A DNA stretch of 64,000 nucleotides from Octopus vulgaris (taxonomy: Eukaryota): positions 10,416,001 to 10,480,000 of the forward strand of contig OX597829.1 of the NCBI GenBank assembly GCA_951406725.2, written 5' to 3'. The notes below the pieces were generated by a model. It saw nothing but the letters and a program-made list of their open reading frames with translations, searched no databases and was not told the DNA's origin. Shown piece by piece: positions 1 to 12,359 of this stretch. The translations under genes were made by a program, and so were the position numbers. How positions within the stretch are numbered: the stretch's first letter is position 1; the number at the start of each line of letters is the position of its first letter.

Positions 1-132
1 ATATATATATATTGGGTATGGTAGATGAGTTCAGCAAGTGTTTTGTTTCAGATGAATATGGTACGTAAGTTGAGGCACCAGGATTTAGTACGGTATTATC
101 CATACAATTTCAAAGTGAGGTGACTAAAATTA

Positions 133-490
133 AAATAAGCAACAAGGATATCCAGAGGTAATGCAGTACGATCATTTCATGCAACTCTATTTTATTGAAT
201 AATGCAATCATTACATCAATTTAAAATGCAGAGCAATCCTCAGCTGCACAAAGACATAGAATTTAATTAAATTAGAACAGATGGACAAATTAGTATAATT
301 ATACCTTGGATATTTTAGGTATAATTATACTAATGTGTCTATCTTTTCTAATTTAATTAAATTCTATGTCTTTGTGCAGCTGAGGATTGCTCTACATTTT
401 AAATTGATGTAATGATTGCATTGTTCAATTAAATGGAGTTACATGAAACGGTCGTACTGCATTACCTCTAGATATCCTTGTTGCTTATTT
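133..490. repeat. Imperfect long palindrome (arms ~133-306 and ~317-490, ~10-nt spacer)
   Basis: AAATAAGCAACAAGGATATCCAGAGGTAATGCAGTACG... is mirrored by ...CGTACTGCATTACCTCTAGATATCCTTGTTGCTTATTT; the arms match throughout with scattered, mostly transition, mismatches. Confidence 0.9.
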
Positions 491-669
491 GTGTGTGTAT
501 GTGTGTGTGTGTATGTGTAAAGAGAATATACATGTATATATAGGTATGTGTGTGCATAAATATATATGTGTATATGTGTGTATGTATATGTATATATATA
601 TATATTCTCTTTACACGCACACACACACACCACACACACATATATATGCATGTTAAGAGAATACATATA

Positions 670-887
670 CTCTTTTATTCTTTTATTTGTTTGAGTGATT
701 TGACTGCGGCCATGCTGGAGCACCACCTTTAGTTGAACAAGTCGACCCCAGGACTTATTCTTTGTAAGCCTAGTACTTATCCTATCGGTCTCTTTTATCG
801 AACCGTTAAGCTACGTGGATGTGAACACACCAAAAATGGTTGTCAAGCAATGATGAGGGGACAAACACAGACACATAAACATACCTC

Positions 888-938
<51 letters not shown>

Positions 939-990
939 AATATATATATTTTTTCAGTTTCCGTCTACCAAATCCATTCGTAAGGCTTAA
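670..990 (-). mobile_element. tRNA-derived SINE, 5'-truncated (same family as 26620-27028)
   Basis: Shares TTTGACTGCGGCCATGCTGGAGCACC...GTCGACCCCAGGACTTATTCTTTGTAAGCC...GGGACAAACACAGAC...TTCAGTTTCCGTCTACCAAATCCA with the full copy at 26620-27028. Confidence 0.8.
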
Positions 991-1289
991 AAAGAAAATA
1001 AGTCCTAAAGCAGATTATTTCGGCCAAAATTCCTCAGGGCAGTGCCTAAGCATCGCCACAGTTTAATGACTGAAACAAATAAAATATATATATAATTACT
1101 TTCACTTTAATTATTAATTACTCCCCCTTTGGAATCCAACGAACAACATTCTGGGTAGGAAATGCGCCGGTGGTTTGTTTTAGGTTCCAATGCACCCATT
1201 AATACGAATGCCCGCCTCCAAATTCCTCTGAATCTATCCATTCAACCGAACCGTCTCCTTGTCAGTGATAGACGGTGCATTCGCTTCTC

Positions 1290-1560
1290 TGTATCACATG
1301 CCTGTTTGTGAGCTGGGTACCTGTTAAGCTTGACATTATCCCGTCCACTGTCACTCGACAACAAACTTTTTCCTCATACCAGCTCCCTACTATATGGAAT
1401 AAATCAAATAAGGTCCACCCACCAATTCACACCGAGCTCCCTCCTTCTACTGGCACACTTCTCTCACCCATATCTCTCATTTACTATGATTAAACTTCTC
1501 ATCCGTTTTATATCCGCCTTTCCTTGAACACTTCGAAGAGACAAAGCTAGAAGTCAAATT
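1290..1560 (+). mobile_element. Highly decayed LINE 3' fragment (CR1/L2/Jockey-group like)
   Basis: Translation remnant NKLFPHTSSLLYGIN resembles the SFFPRTxxLWN C-terminal motif; weak. Confidence 0.3.
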
Positions 1561-1812
1561 TCCCCCCACTCCTTACGATAAAAGAACTTATTGACATTCA
1601 ATAAAGTAATTGTCAAACACTTAGGTCATTGTTTTAGGTGTTTTACCTCTCTCCTGACTCTCAATATATATATATATTCTGGTTGGTGCGAGGTTGTCAT
1701 CCATTACCGCTAGGGTTGAGCTAATGTCGGTCAACCAAACTATAAACGCACGCACACACGCAGCAGTATTTAAGACGATAACATTATATTTGTTTTTGTC
1801 TTAATCAAGTAT

Positions 1813-2249
1813 ATCATCATCATCATCATCATCATCATCAACAGGACTTTATTTCGTTACGATCTCAGTCAGCTCTATCACCATTGACTTATTTCCAGCA
1901 CTACCATAACCACGAGGGCGTTCAGCGTCATTACAACCGTCATCATCACAATCACCATCATCACCATCTTCATGAGATGGTGAAGCAGCAGCAGCATCAG
2001 CAGCAGCAGCAGCAGCACTGCAGCCAGCACCGACTTCATCATCATTAATAATCAACATCATTATCATTATCCTCATCATCGTCTACTTCTTCTTTTCTTC
2101 TTCTTCTTCTTCTTCTTCTTCTTCTTCTTCTTCTTCTTCTTCTTCTTCTTCTTCTTCTTCTTCTTCTTGTTACTACTATTTCTCCCCATCCTTTCCTCCT
2201 CTCCTCCTCCTCCTACTACTACTACTACCACCACCACCAACAACAACAA

Positions 2250-2291
<42 letters not shown>

Positions 2292-2340
2292 ATTTTCTTC
2301 ATCAACTCCTCCTCCACCTTCCTCCTTTTCTACTTATTCA
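1813..2340. repeat. Compound trinucleotide microsatellite (CAT/CAG/TTC/CTA/CCT)
   Basis: Directly visible repeat runs. Confidence 0.95.
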
Positions 2341-2530
2341 TATTCAGTTAGTTCTCTTTTGATTTAATATATTCTCTTTATTCATATACGTACATACATA
2401 CATACATACACATACAAACATACATACAAACATACATACATACATACACACATACACACATACAAACATACATCCATCCATCCATCCATCCATCCATCCA
2501 TACATACATACATACATACATATATATGTG

Positions 2531-2583
<53 letters not shown>

Positions 2584-2742
2584 ATATGTGTGAGTACTTA
2601 TTTTAGATATATTTGACAGTCTACTCCACATCGTTGTTCGGGTATCCGCATAAGTGGAATCTGGACCGGATTGTGTGTACAGGCATCCAATCGTGTAAAT
2701 TGCCACAATGAAGTCAAATCAAATAATCATATATTGGAGCTC

Positions 2743-2810
2743 TTTAACTGAGGAAGGTCTTACGTAATGGATGCCTTTACATTACGCAAACACGAAACGT
2801 ACGTATTAAA
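2743..2810 (+). ncRNA. Type I minimal hammerhead ribozyme motif, stem II partly decayed
   Basis: TTTAA-CTGAGGA-[..TTACGTAATG..CATTACGCAA..]-GAAA-CGTACG-TA-TTAAA: stem I TTTAA/TTAAA, canonical core, palindromic stem III. Confidence 0.7.
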
Positions 2811-2916
2811 TGGTCTCTATTTGCTTTGATATTTTCATTATTATAATTTATAGGGCTCGGTGCCAGTATAAACTAACCGATCCACCTATGAGTATACTCT
2901 AGCAAATTTGGAATAG

Positions 2917-3069
2917 CTGCGTGGTAAGAAGCTTGTCTAAAAACTATATGATTCCGGGTTCAGTCCCACTGCGTGGCAATTTGGGCAAGTGTCTTCTACT
3001 GTAGCTTCGAACCGACCAAAAGCCATGTGATTGGTATTGGTAGACGGAATCTGAAAGAAGCCTGACGTA
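2917..3069 (+). mobile_element. tRNA-derived SINE, 5' part
   Basis: GTGGTAAGAAGCTTG...CCGGGTTCAGTCCCACTGCGTGGCA...TTGGGCAAGTGTCTTCTAC (A/B-box-like head); same family as 26620-27028. Confidence 0.8.
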
Positions 3070-3071
3070 TA

Positions 3072-4700
3072 CACTGCGTTTCAAATTATTAACGGCGTAA
3101 CATTTTTTCGCTTGCAATAATAATTCTCTAAACGAGATATAAACAGTAACTGCTCCATAACATAAGGGACATCAGCCATCTGAATGTGGCTAGGGACAGG
3201 GCAGGGCGGTGGGGGTATTACTGATGCATTTAGCCCCAGGCGATCATCAACGTCACCAGGAGGGCTGACACCATCACGGTGTCCTCTAGCCTGCAAAGGG
3301 AGATCATTCCCCGAAGAAGCGGATGCCACATACGGACCTAGGTTTCAAGGTATTTGCCTATTATCAACGCATGGCAGACACCGCTCTCCGATGAATAACT
3401 CTCTGTGCAGGCTATATTTAAAGATTTTCACAGTAATACATCAGTAAATGTATTTACTGTGAAAATCTGTAAATGTATTTACTGTGAAAATCTTTAAATA
3501 TAGCCTGCACAGAGAGTTATTCATCGGAGAGCGGTGCCTGCCATGCGTTGATAATAGGCAAATACCTTGAAACCTAGGTCCGTATGTGGCATCCGCTTCT
3601 TCGGGGAATGATATCCCTTTGCAGGCTAGAGGACACCATGATGGTGTCAGCCCTCCTGGTGACGTTGATGATCGCCTGGGGCTAAATGCATCAGTAACAC
3701 CCCCACCGCCCTGCCCTGTCCCTAGCCACATTCAGATGGCTGATGTCCCTTATGTTATTTTTTCGCTTATTTTATTTAAAAACTACTCGTTGGAATTCAA
3801 CGGAATTTCCACAGAATGATAGCAACAGGTATATGCGCATGGTGTTTAAAAACGTAAAGTATAAACAAACTGCGGCCATGATTTCCACGAACTTTCAGTG
3901 TTCCAAATAACAGTGGCCTAATAATCGTATAATTATAGGTCATAAATGTGACTTAACTGCTCTAGAGAAATCTGGTATTACTTCTGAACTTACAAAAGGT
4001 AAATCAACAATATAAATATCTAAAAATCTAAAATGATTGGAAGATACCCCCAAACTGTGAAAAAAATTGTTACAGCTCTTACGAAGAAACGTAAGAGAGC
4101 CGACAATGGTCAGCTGAGGGATGTTCGTCAACGTTCTTTGTCACGAATTAAACTTGAGGCTGATAGTTGGAGCAAGGGATGAGTTGTAAATGGATGAGAT
4201 CGTCACCAACGCTTGAGACGGCAACAAATGGAGGCATCATTATTTGGGTTAGCATTATTGGAGGAATTATGGTTGGTCCTTGGAAAATGCCAGGCGGTTT
4301 AAAATGACCGCGGATGCTTATATAGTCTTTCTGAGGAAACACCTTGAACCTTGGTTAAAAAGCCAAAGGATCACCTTCAAGACAACCATAATATTCATGC
4401 AAGATAATGCGTCCTCACACTCAGCGAAGAAGACTACACAGTATCTGCAGCAATTAGGCTTCTGTGGATTTTAGAAGATGAAGGGGCCTACCTGTTACCT
4501 CAACTTAAACCCAATAAGAAACTTGTGGCGTATTCTAAAGCGACGAGTTTACGAGAATGGACGTCAATTTAGGAGGAAGGACGAACTTTGGTAGGCAATA
4601 GTGGATGTATCTCGTATAACATTAGTAAAGATTCAGAAACCAGCATGTTCCGTGGACCATCACATTTTGACATTGAATATCTTGAAAACTATTAAAGACA
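3072..4700 (+). mobile_element. Degenerate Tc1-superfamily DNA transposon, DD37E (TRT-type) transposase pseudogene
   Basis: TA followed by a terminus CACTGCGTTTCAAATT; transposase remnants at 4150-4620 (RRQQ..GGII, FMQDNASSH, LNPI(R)NLW); 37 codons between the second D and the E position; stops and frameshifts; 3' TIR not found. Confidence 0.75.
3157..3758. mobile_element. Near-perfect ~600-bp foldback (MITE-like) insertion inside the TRT element
   Basis: Arms 3157-3441 and 3473-3758 are almost identical inverted copies (ATAACATAAGGGACATCAGCC...GGCTGATGTCCCTTATGTTAT); centre holds a 25-bp tandem duplication; possible TA target-site duplication. Confidence 0.85.
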
Positions 4701-4714
4701 TAAAAACGCATCTG

Positions 4715-5544
4715 ATATTTTCCGAAAACCTGCAATTTCAAGTTGTTTTTTTTATGGAATATTCAAAAATGTTCAGTGTGGGCACCGTTTGTCACACGGC
4801 ACACATCAAACCGATAGTCCAGTTATTGCCAAACGGGTTCCAGCATTGCGTTATCGATGGTTGCAACAGCTTCCGCGATTCGGGTCTTCAGTTCATCCAT
4901 GTCTTTTGGAAGGGGAGGCACATAGAAAGGACTGGTCCTTTCACAAACGCCCAAAAAGAAATCGCAGTGTGTGAGATCTGAAGATCTGGGAGGCCAGGGC
5001 ATGACAACGCGATCATCTCGCCCAGACCGTCCTATCCATTTGTCTGGCAATGTTGTGTTCAGATACTGTCTAACCTTGAGTCTCCAGTGCGGTGACGCCC
5101 CATCCTGTTGGAAAATGAAGTCCCTACTGGCTCTTCTGATCGATTTACGGGGGCTCCGCTCGAAGGCAGTTTGAACTCGCTCAACCGTATCATCTGAAGT
5201 TGAGGGGCGTCCTGTTCTCTTAGCTGGGCACAAACACCCATCCTTCATGAATTTACCGTGCCATCTCAATATGGAATTCCTTTCTGGTGCCTCTTTTCAG
5301 AATTTTGTGCAAAATGCTCTTTGAACAAGTGTCTATGATTCAGATTTTCCAAATTCAAGGACACAAAACGCCTTTTCTGGTTGAGTGAACGCCAATACTG
5401 GATCTGGAAACATTTAAAATAATCATTAGTATTGCAAAAAAACCTAAGGAATTTAGCTTTAAAATGGTACCAGTTTCATCTTACTACCAATCATAGTCCA
5501 GCAGATATGGGGACTTGAAATGTGCCCAAGACTTCTGGAACACC

Positions 5545-5547
<3 letters not shown>
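4715..5547 (-). mobile_element. Internally deleted DD41D/rosa(VS)-like ITm transposon
   Basis: Terminus CAGGGTGTTCCAGAAG after (TA)n; translation GRPSTS..VERV..AF.RSPRKSIRRASR fused in frame to FQQDGASPH..WIGR..WPPRSSDLTHCDFF. Confidence 0.8.
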
Positions 5548-5584
<37 letters not shown>

Positions 5585-6306
5585 GCACACACACACACAC
5601 ACACACAAACATATATATATATACATATATAGACAAAGATAGATAGATATATAGATAGATAGATAGATAGGTAGATACTCCAAGTATATACACATACACA
5701 GACATACATACAGACAGACACACAGACACATATCTCAAACATCTCAATCGTTTATTTTTCCTGATTCTGCAGTATTTTCAGCAAGTATTTCATTTTAATT
5801 TTTTTCAAAAAACAAAACAAAAAAAAACAATAAGTAGACTTTCCTCTGACAACAACAGAAATAAGAAAACTAATAACCACTACACCAACTACTACTATTA
5901 TAACTGCAATTTAATAACACCACTAACAAAAGCAACATTTTTGCTTTCTGTTTTGATTTTAATAATAACGGCTTTGTATATTATTAATGTTGATGTCAGT
6001 GATGCTGACGTTCTAGCAAAAGCATCAGAATCGGTAGCGGTAGAAGCAGCAGCAGTGGGTGCAGCAGCAGCAGTACTAGTAGTTGAAATAATGAAGCAGT
6101 TGTAGAATAGCTGTTTATCAAATATGATGAGGTTATTGTTTCTAATAAACTAAGTAATGGTTACGGATTTTATAATAATGCCTTTGTTTGACACATATAT
6201 GAACATGTACACGCACGCACACATGTACATATACACATATTCAAATCTAGATATTAGTAGAGTGAGTAATATATATATATATATATATGCATGTATTTAT
6301 GTGTGT

Positions 6307-6365
<59 letters not shown>

Positions 6366-6683
6366 TATATATGTGTGTGTGCGTGTGTATATATATATAT
6401 ATATATACATACTAACATACACATATATATATACATATGCATACCTATATATATATCTATACATACAGACATGCACATACACACATATAAGCACATAATA
6501 TTAAATGCTAGAAATACGAGATTAGAAAAACAGCCAACATATGATGAAGGGTTGTTCTTTATATTGCTTGTTTTGTTTTCCATTTCTGTCTTTCGTTGTT
6601 CGAAAGAATAGTTCATGTTCCATGCACTCGTGCTTCGTACTTTTTTGATATACAAGTTTCATAACGTCCTGTATTCACATATG

Positions 6684-6789
<106 letters not shown>

Positions 6790-6847
6790 CATACATATAT
6801 ACGTATAGATGTAAGCATGTACATATACACATGTGTATATGTGTATA

Positions 6848-6925
6848 TGGTAACTGCGGGTCAATAGAGTAGAATTCAGAAAGGAGATCCTTTCTGAATT
6901 CTACTCTATTGTCCCGCAGTTACCA
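6848..6925. repeat. 38-bp-arm hairpin at the 5' junction of the RTE LINE
   Basis: TGGTAACTGCGGGTCAATAGAGTAGAATTCAGAAAGGA-ga-TCCTTTCTGAATTCTACTCTATTGTCCCGCAGTTACCA, one mismatch. Confidence 0.9.
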
Positions 6926-9259
6926 CAGCGCGGATTGTGACACAGACCACTCACTAATTAGAAGCAGGGTGAGGATTCTGCCTAAAAAAGTCCATCGCTC
7001 CAAGAAAGTGGGCCGACCACGCATCAAAACCGCCAGAACCTCGGACCCTACACTGCGAAAATGTTTTGCTGCTTCTATCAAGGTTGCCCTCAGTAGCTGC
7101 CCAAACTCCTCTGCTGAAAGTAGGTGGGACTATATCAGGGAAGCCTTGTATACGACATCAATAGATACTTTCGGCATGAGAGAAAGGCAAAACCCAGATT
7201 GGTTCAATGCTGGGCTCTCAGAGCTGGAGCCAGTTATCGAAGCAAAGCGTGCAGCTCTGGTGCAATACAAGAGTGACTCTTCTACAAAGTCACTCAAAGA
7301 ACTCAGAAAGGCACGAAATAAAACCCAACTGACAGCCAGACGCTGTGCAAAGAGGTATTGGCAGGAAATCTGTCAGAGTATCCAGTCAGCTGCTGACAGG
7401 GGCGACACCCGTGGGATGTATGCCGGTTTGAAGAAGGCCCTCGGTCCATCCGCAACCAAGTCAGCCCCTCTGAAATCAACTACTGGAGATCTCATCAGGG
7501 ATCAAGGCAAGCAAATGGATGGATGGGTGGAGCACTACCAGGATCTCTACTCACGAGAGACCACAGTGGCTGAGGCTGCAGTCGAGAGGGTCAAGATCTT
7601 GCCAGTCATGTGCGAACTTGACAGTCCGCCATCTATAGCAGAGCTCACCAAGGCTGTTGACTCCCTAGCAAGAAATAAGGCTCCGGGAAAAGACGGCATT
7701 CCCTCAGAGATCATCAAAGCCGGCAAAAACACAATCCTGCTTCGGCACCTTCATGAGCTTCTGTGTCAGTGCTGGGAAGAGGGTACAGTCCCTCAGGATA
7801 TGCGGGATGCCAACATCATTACGCTTTACAAAAACAAAGGTGACCGTGGTGATTGTAACAATTACCGTGGTATATCCCTTCTAAGCACTGTTGGAAAGAC
7901 CTTTGCCCGCGTTATCCTGGCCAGGCTATAACTACTTGCTTCTCGAATCTATCCGGAATCGCAGTGTGGCTTTAGAAGAAGCAGATCAACTATCGATATG
8001 ATATTCTCCATCCGCCAACTTCAGGAGAAGTCCAGAGAGCAGAAAATGCCATTATATATGGCCTTCATTGATCTTACAAAGGCTTTTGACTCGGTAAGCA
8101 GAACAGGCCTCTTCCTCCTGCTCAAAAAAATCGGATGTCCACCAAAGCTGCTGAGGATCATCAAGTCTTTCCATGATGACATGCAAGGCACCATACAGCA
8201 CAACGGTTCAACATCAGCCGCCTTCCAAATAAAAAACGGGGTAAAGCAAGGCTGTGTCCTCGCTCCTACATTGTTTGGCATCTTCTTCTCACTCTTACTT
8301 TCACATGCCTTTCAGACATCAGATGATGGAGTGTTTCTGCACAGTAGAAGTGACGGGAAACTGTTCAATCTCTCGTGCCTGCATGCCAAGACCAAAATCA
8401 GAAACGTCCTGATCAAGATGTTATTTGCTGATGATGCCGCTCTGGTAACACACACAGAAGAAGCCCTCCAAAGGCTCATTAACTGTTTTGAGCAAGCATG
8501 TAACGACTTTGGCTTAGCTATCAGCCTTAAGAAGACAAACATCATGGACCAAGACCACGAAAATGAAGATATACCAGGCATGTGTACTCAGCACTCTACT
8601 GTATGGAAGCGAGACCTGGACGCTATACACACGCCAAGAGCGTCGCCTAAACATCTTTCACCTGCGCTGCCTCCGAGAAATCCTCCGCATCAAATGGCAG
8701 AATCATATCCCCAACAAAGATGTCCCCAGACAAGCAGGAATACCAAGCATGTTTGCACTCCTCACACAAAGACGTATGAGATGGCTTGGGCATGTTAGCC
8801 GTATGAAAGATGGCAGAATCCCCAAGGACATACTCTACGGAGAGCTTGCTAGGGGTACTAGGTCTGTAGGTAGACCGATCTTACGTTACAGGGATGTTTG
8901 CAAAAGGGATATGAAGGCCTGCAACATCAATATTAGCGGTTGGGAGGCAGTTGCCGGCAACCGTGGAAAATGGCGACGTACAGTAAAAGAGGGAATACAA
9001 AAGAGTGACAGAGAGAGAGAGGAGAAATGGAAAGAAAGGAAGAGACGTAAACAAGAGACTATGGCACTACAACCAGCCAGGAACAGTCTTCGCTACATTT
9101 GCGGTACCTGCCAGAGGGAGCGTTTGTCCAGGATACGACTACACAGCCACAGCAGGAAATGTATCAGGACATGAAATATAAAAGCCGGACTAGACTACAA
9201 AAAAAAAAAATGCGCAACTCCATTGTCTCCCGAGACAGAAAGGATGCCAATACAATACA

Positions 9260-9262
<3 letters not shown>
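6888..9262 (+). mobile_element. 5'-truncated RTE-clade LINE (end of APE endonuclease + RT), inactivated
   Basis: DCDTDH, KAPGKDGIP, NYRGISLLS, FIDLTKAFDSV, GVKQGCVLAPTLF, LFADD, LLYGSETW, RWLGHV, terminal CxxC..HSH..C; stop at 7929, deletion near 8550; 3' (TACAA)n tail. Confidence 0.93.
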
Positions 9263-9329
<67 letters not shown>

Positions 9330-9889
9330 ATGTATATATATATATATATATATTATATGATTGGACGCAACGGATTCTCTTTCAAGTAAGTTTTATATAC
9401 ACACACACACTCACACACACACACACACTCACACACACACACACACACTTAGCACACACACACACGCATATAAATATATATATACTCTTCTACATGCATT
9501 GAGTACTTTTTCTCACGTTTGTAAACACAAGCATATAAACGCGTAACAAACCAGAAAGACATGTCCATGTTTTCTTATCTACAGACATCCCTTCATGGCA
9601 TGTCAGCACTGGAGAATTAATTTTAACATTGCGATTATACCGCCCCCGCTTCTCAAATGAAGTTTTTTATGGCTACCATTTGGCAATTAAGACACATCCA
9701 TAGAGGCAGAGACTCTCATACATACATACATACATACATACATACATACATACATACATACATACATACATACATACATACATACATACATACATACATG
9801 CATATATAAATACATACATACATACATCATACATACATACATACATCATACATACATACATGAGAATGTCAGATATGGTGAACCAATAA

Positions 9890-10290
9890 ATAAGGAAAAT
9901 AATACCTCAAGAGCTTAAAGAGAATATGATCATCATCACTCTCAGCTTACGGCAGGCATATTACCCACAATACATTTGCAGTGCCTGTCATGTCGACGTT
10001 TGGTAGCTACAAGAACTGAATTAGAAAGATGTTCTAACAAGCTGTTCGGTGTGACAAGGAATTCAATGGAGATGTAGACAGGCTATACTTCCCACACAAG
10101 GAAGGTGTCCGTGGTCTCAAATCTGTATTTATGTCAAATCTGTATTTATGTCAAGGACTAAAACATCTGCAGCAGAGGAAAGAGACCAGTAACCATCTTA
10201 CTCAAGTTTGTGACCATGAAACTAACAGTATAATTAAGATAGCAAATGATCTTTAGAAGAGTTAAGAAACAAGAACTGACACGTCTTTTT
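9890..10290 (+). mobile_element. Decayed R4/Dong-like LINE RT C-terminal fragment
   Basis: Remnants NTFAVPV and GDVDRLYFPHKEGVRGL match the DRLYxPRxxGGRGL motif; 17-bp local tandem duplication at ~10118-10151. Confidence 0.6.
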
Positions 10291-10839
10291 AAAGAGCAAT
10301 GGTAAAATTTATTTATCAGAACAAAAAAACATATGTATACATATGTATGTATGTATGGATGTATGGATGTAAGGATGTAAGTATGCATCCATGCATGTAT
10401 GCGTGTATATGTGCGTGTATATGTGTGTGTATATATATGTATCTCTCTATATATATGCATGCATGTATATATGCATGTACTCATGTATGTATGAATAAAT
10501 GTATGTATGCATGTATTCATGTATGTATGTATGTATGTATGTATGTATTACTGAATGTGCACTAGCACAAACAGATAATATGCCAACAAAAATTGAATGA
10601 AGAAGGAAAAGTACAAAAAGCCAATTTCGATATTTCTAGAAAGTTCTAGAAATCTTCATGGAATTTCTTACTCTGATCTGCAGAGTGTGTTATCATTCAC
10701 AACATCTGGACGAGAAAGCGAAAATAAGAATATATTTTTAAATCATCATCATCATCAACATCGTCAATACATTAACTATTTTTGTAAAATATTTTCAAAA
10801 TATCTATAAAAAAAAGAGAAAAGGAAAAAGAAAAAGAAA

Positions 10840-11094
10840 TTTGGAAGACGAGGAGAAAGTTGAAAGGGATGAGGAGGACGACGAAGTGGAGGACGAGGAG
10901 GAGAACGAGGAGGAGAACGAGGAGGAGAGCGAGGAGGAAGGGGAGGAAGAAGAAAGCGAGGAAGACGAAGAAAACGAAGATGAAGAAGATCCAGGAAGAG
11001 GAGGAAGAAGAAGATGAGAAAAAGAAGGAAGGAGATTGGAGGAAAATGAGAAGGAGCAAGAACAGGAGGAACGGAAAGAGGGAAGGAAGGGGTT

Positions 11095-11125
<31 letters not shown>

Positions 11126-11215
11126 AAGCAGCAGCAGCAGCAGTAGTAGTAATAGTAGTAGTTGTAAGGAGGAGGAGAAGGAGGAGTCGGGAAGTGGCAG
11201 GAGGGATCGACAAAG
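10840..11215. repeat. Purine-rich compound trinucleotide low-complexity tract (GAG/GAA/TAG/CAG)
   Basis: Directly visible. Confidence 0.9.
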
Positions 11216-11358
11216 AATATAACAACAGTAAAAACCAAACAAAATAAAACTGAGAATAAGAGAAAACAGAACGTCTCAACTTTCGAGTAAGAAAGAGAGG
11301 AGCCAGAGAGAGAGAGAGTGTGTGCATGCTAAAGAGGAAGAGAGAAACAGAGACGGAC

Positions 11359-11393
<35 letters not shown>

Positions 11394-11929
11394 TTTTCAA
11401 AAGTCTTCAGATACTGACGATAGAGTGAGACAGTAATTTCTGTGTTTGCTCGTTTCAGCGGAATCAGCGAATTCTTTCCACGGGAATATGATACGCTAAA
11501 AGTCCCAACTCCTTCAGGGAAACGCTGAGAAACAAACATACTTATACTGTAACCACTTGTAATGTCTGATCGTCTGCTTCTGACCTTGTGGGTGGGAAGA
11601 AAGATGGCCAGTCGATTATTTAGAAAGAATATATCTGTGTGTGTGTGGGTGAGTGTATGTATGTGTACGCGGGTATATATAAGTGTATGTATGAATATGT
11701 ATGTATGCATATATATATATGTGCATATATATATATATACATATCCATATTTATTTATATATATATGAATATATATATATGCATATATATATATAATACA
11801 TATATATATATGTATATATATATGCATATATGTGTGTGTATTATGTTATTTTATATTATATATATATTTCTTTCCCTCTTTCTCTTTCTCTCACGTTATT
11901 TGTCATTCTCTCTCGCATATATATATATA

Positions 11930-11999
<70 letters not shown>

Positions 12000-12113
12000 C
12001 ATATTAAGAGACAGAGAAACAGAGGGACGGAGAATGACATCGGTAGATAAATTACGAGATTTATATATATACATTCAACTACATACACGCAAACTGTTTC
12101 TCTGTCTATCTCA

Positions 12114-12153
<40 letters not shown>

Positions 12154-12295
12154 CACATACGCAAATAAAGATTATACAAGCATATGCATATATGCATGTA
12201 TGCATGTGCGCAAAGGGTGAAAAGACGACTTAAATTTTATCTAATCTTTAATAATAATTTGCGGAAGAAAACATTTTTGTTCTGTGTGTGTGTGT

Positions 12296-12359
<64 letters not shown>

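Noticed and set aside
3081-3819. Two pairs of near-identical ORFs on opposite strands
   Set aside because: A by-product of the 3157-3758 palindrome; no recognisable protein.
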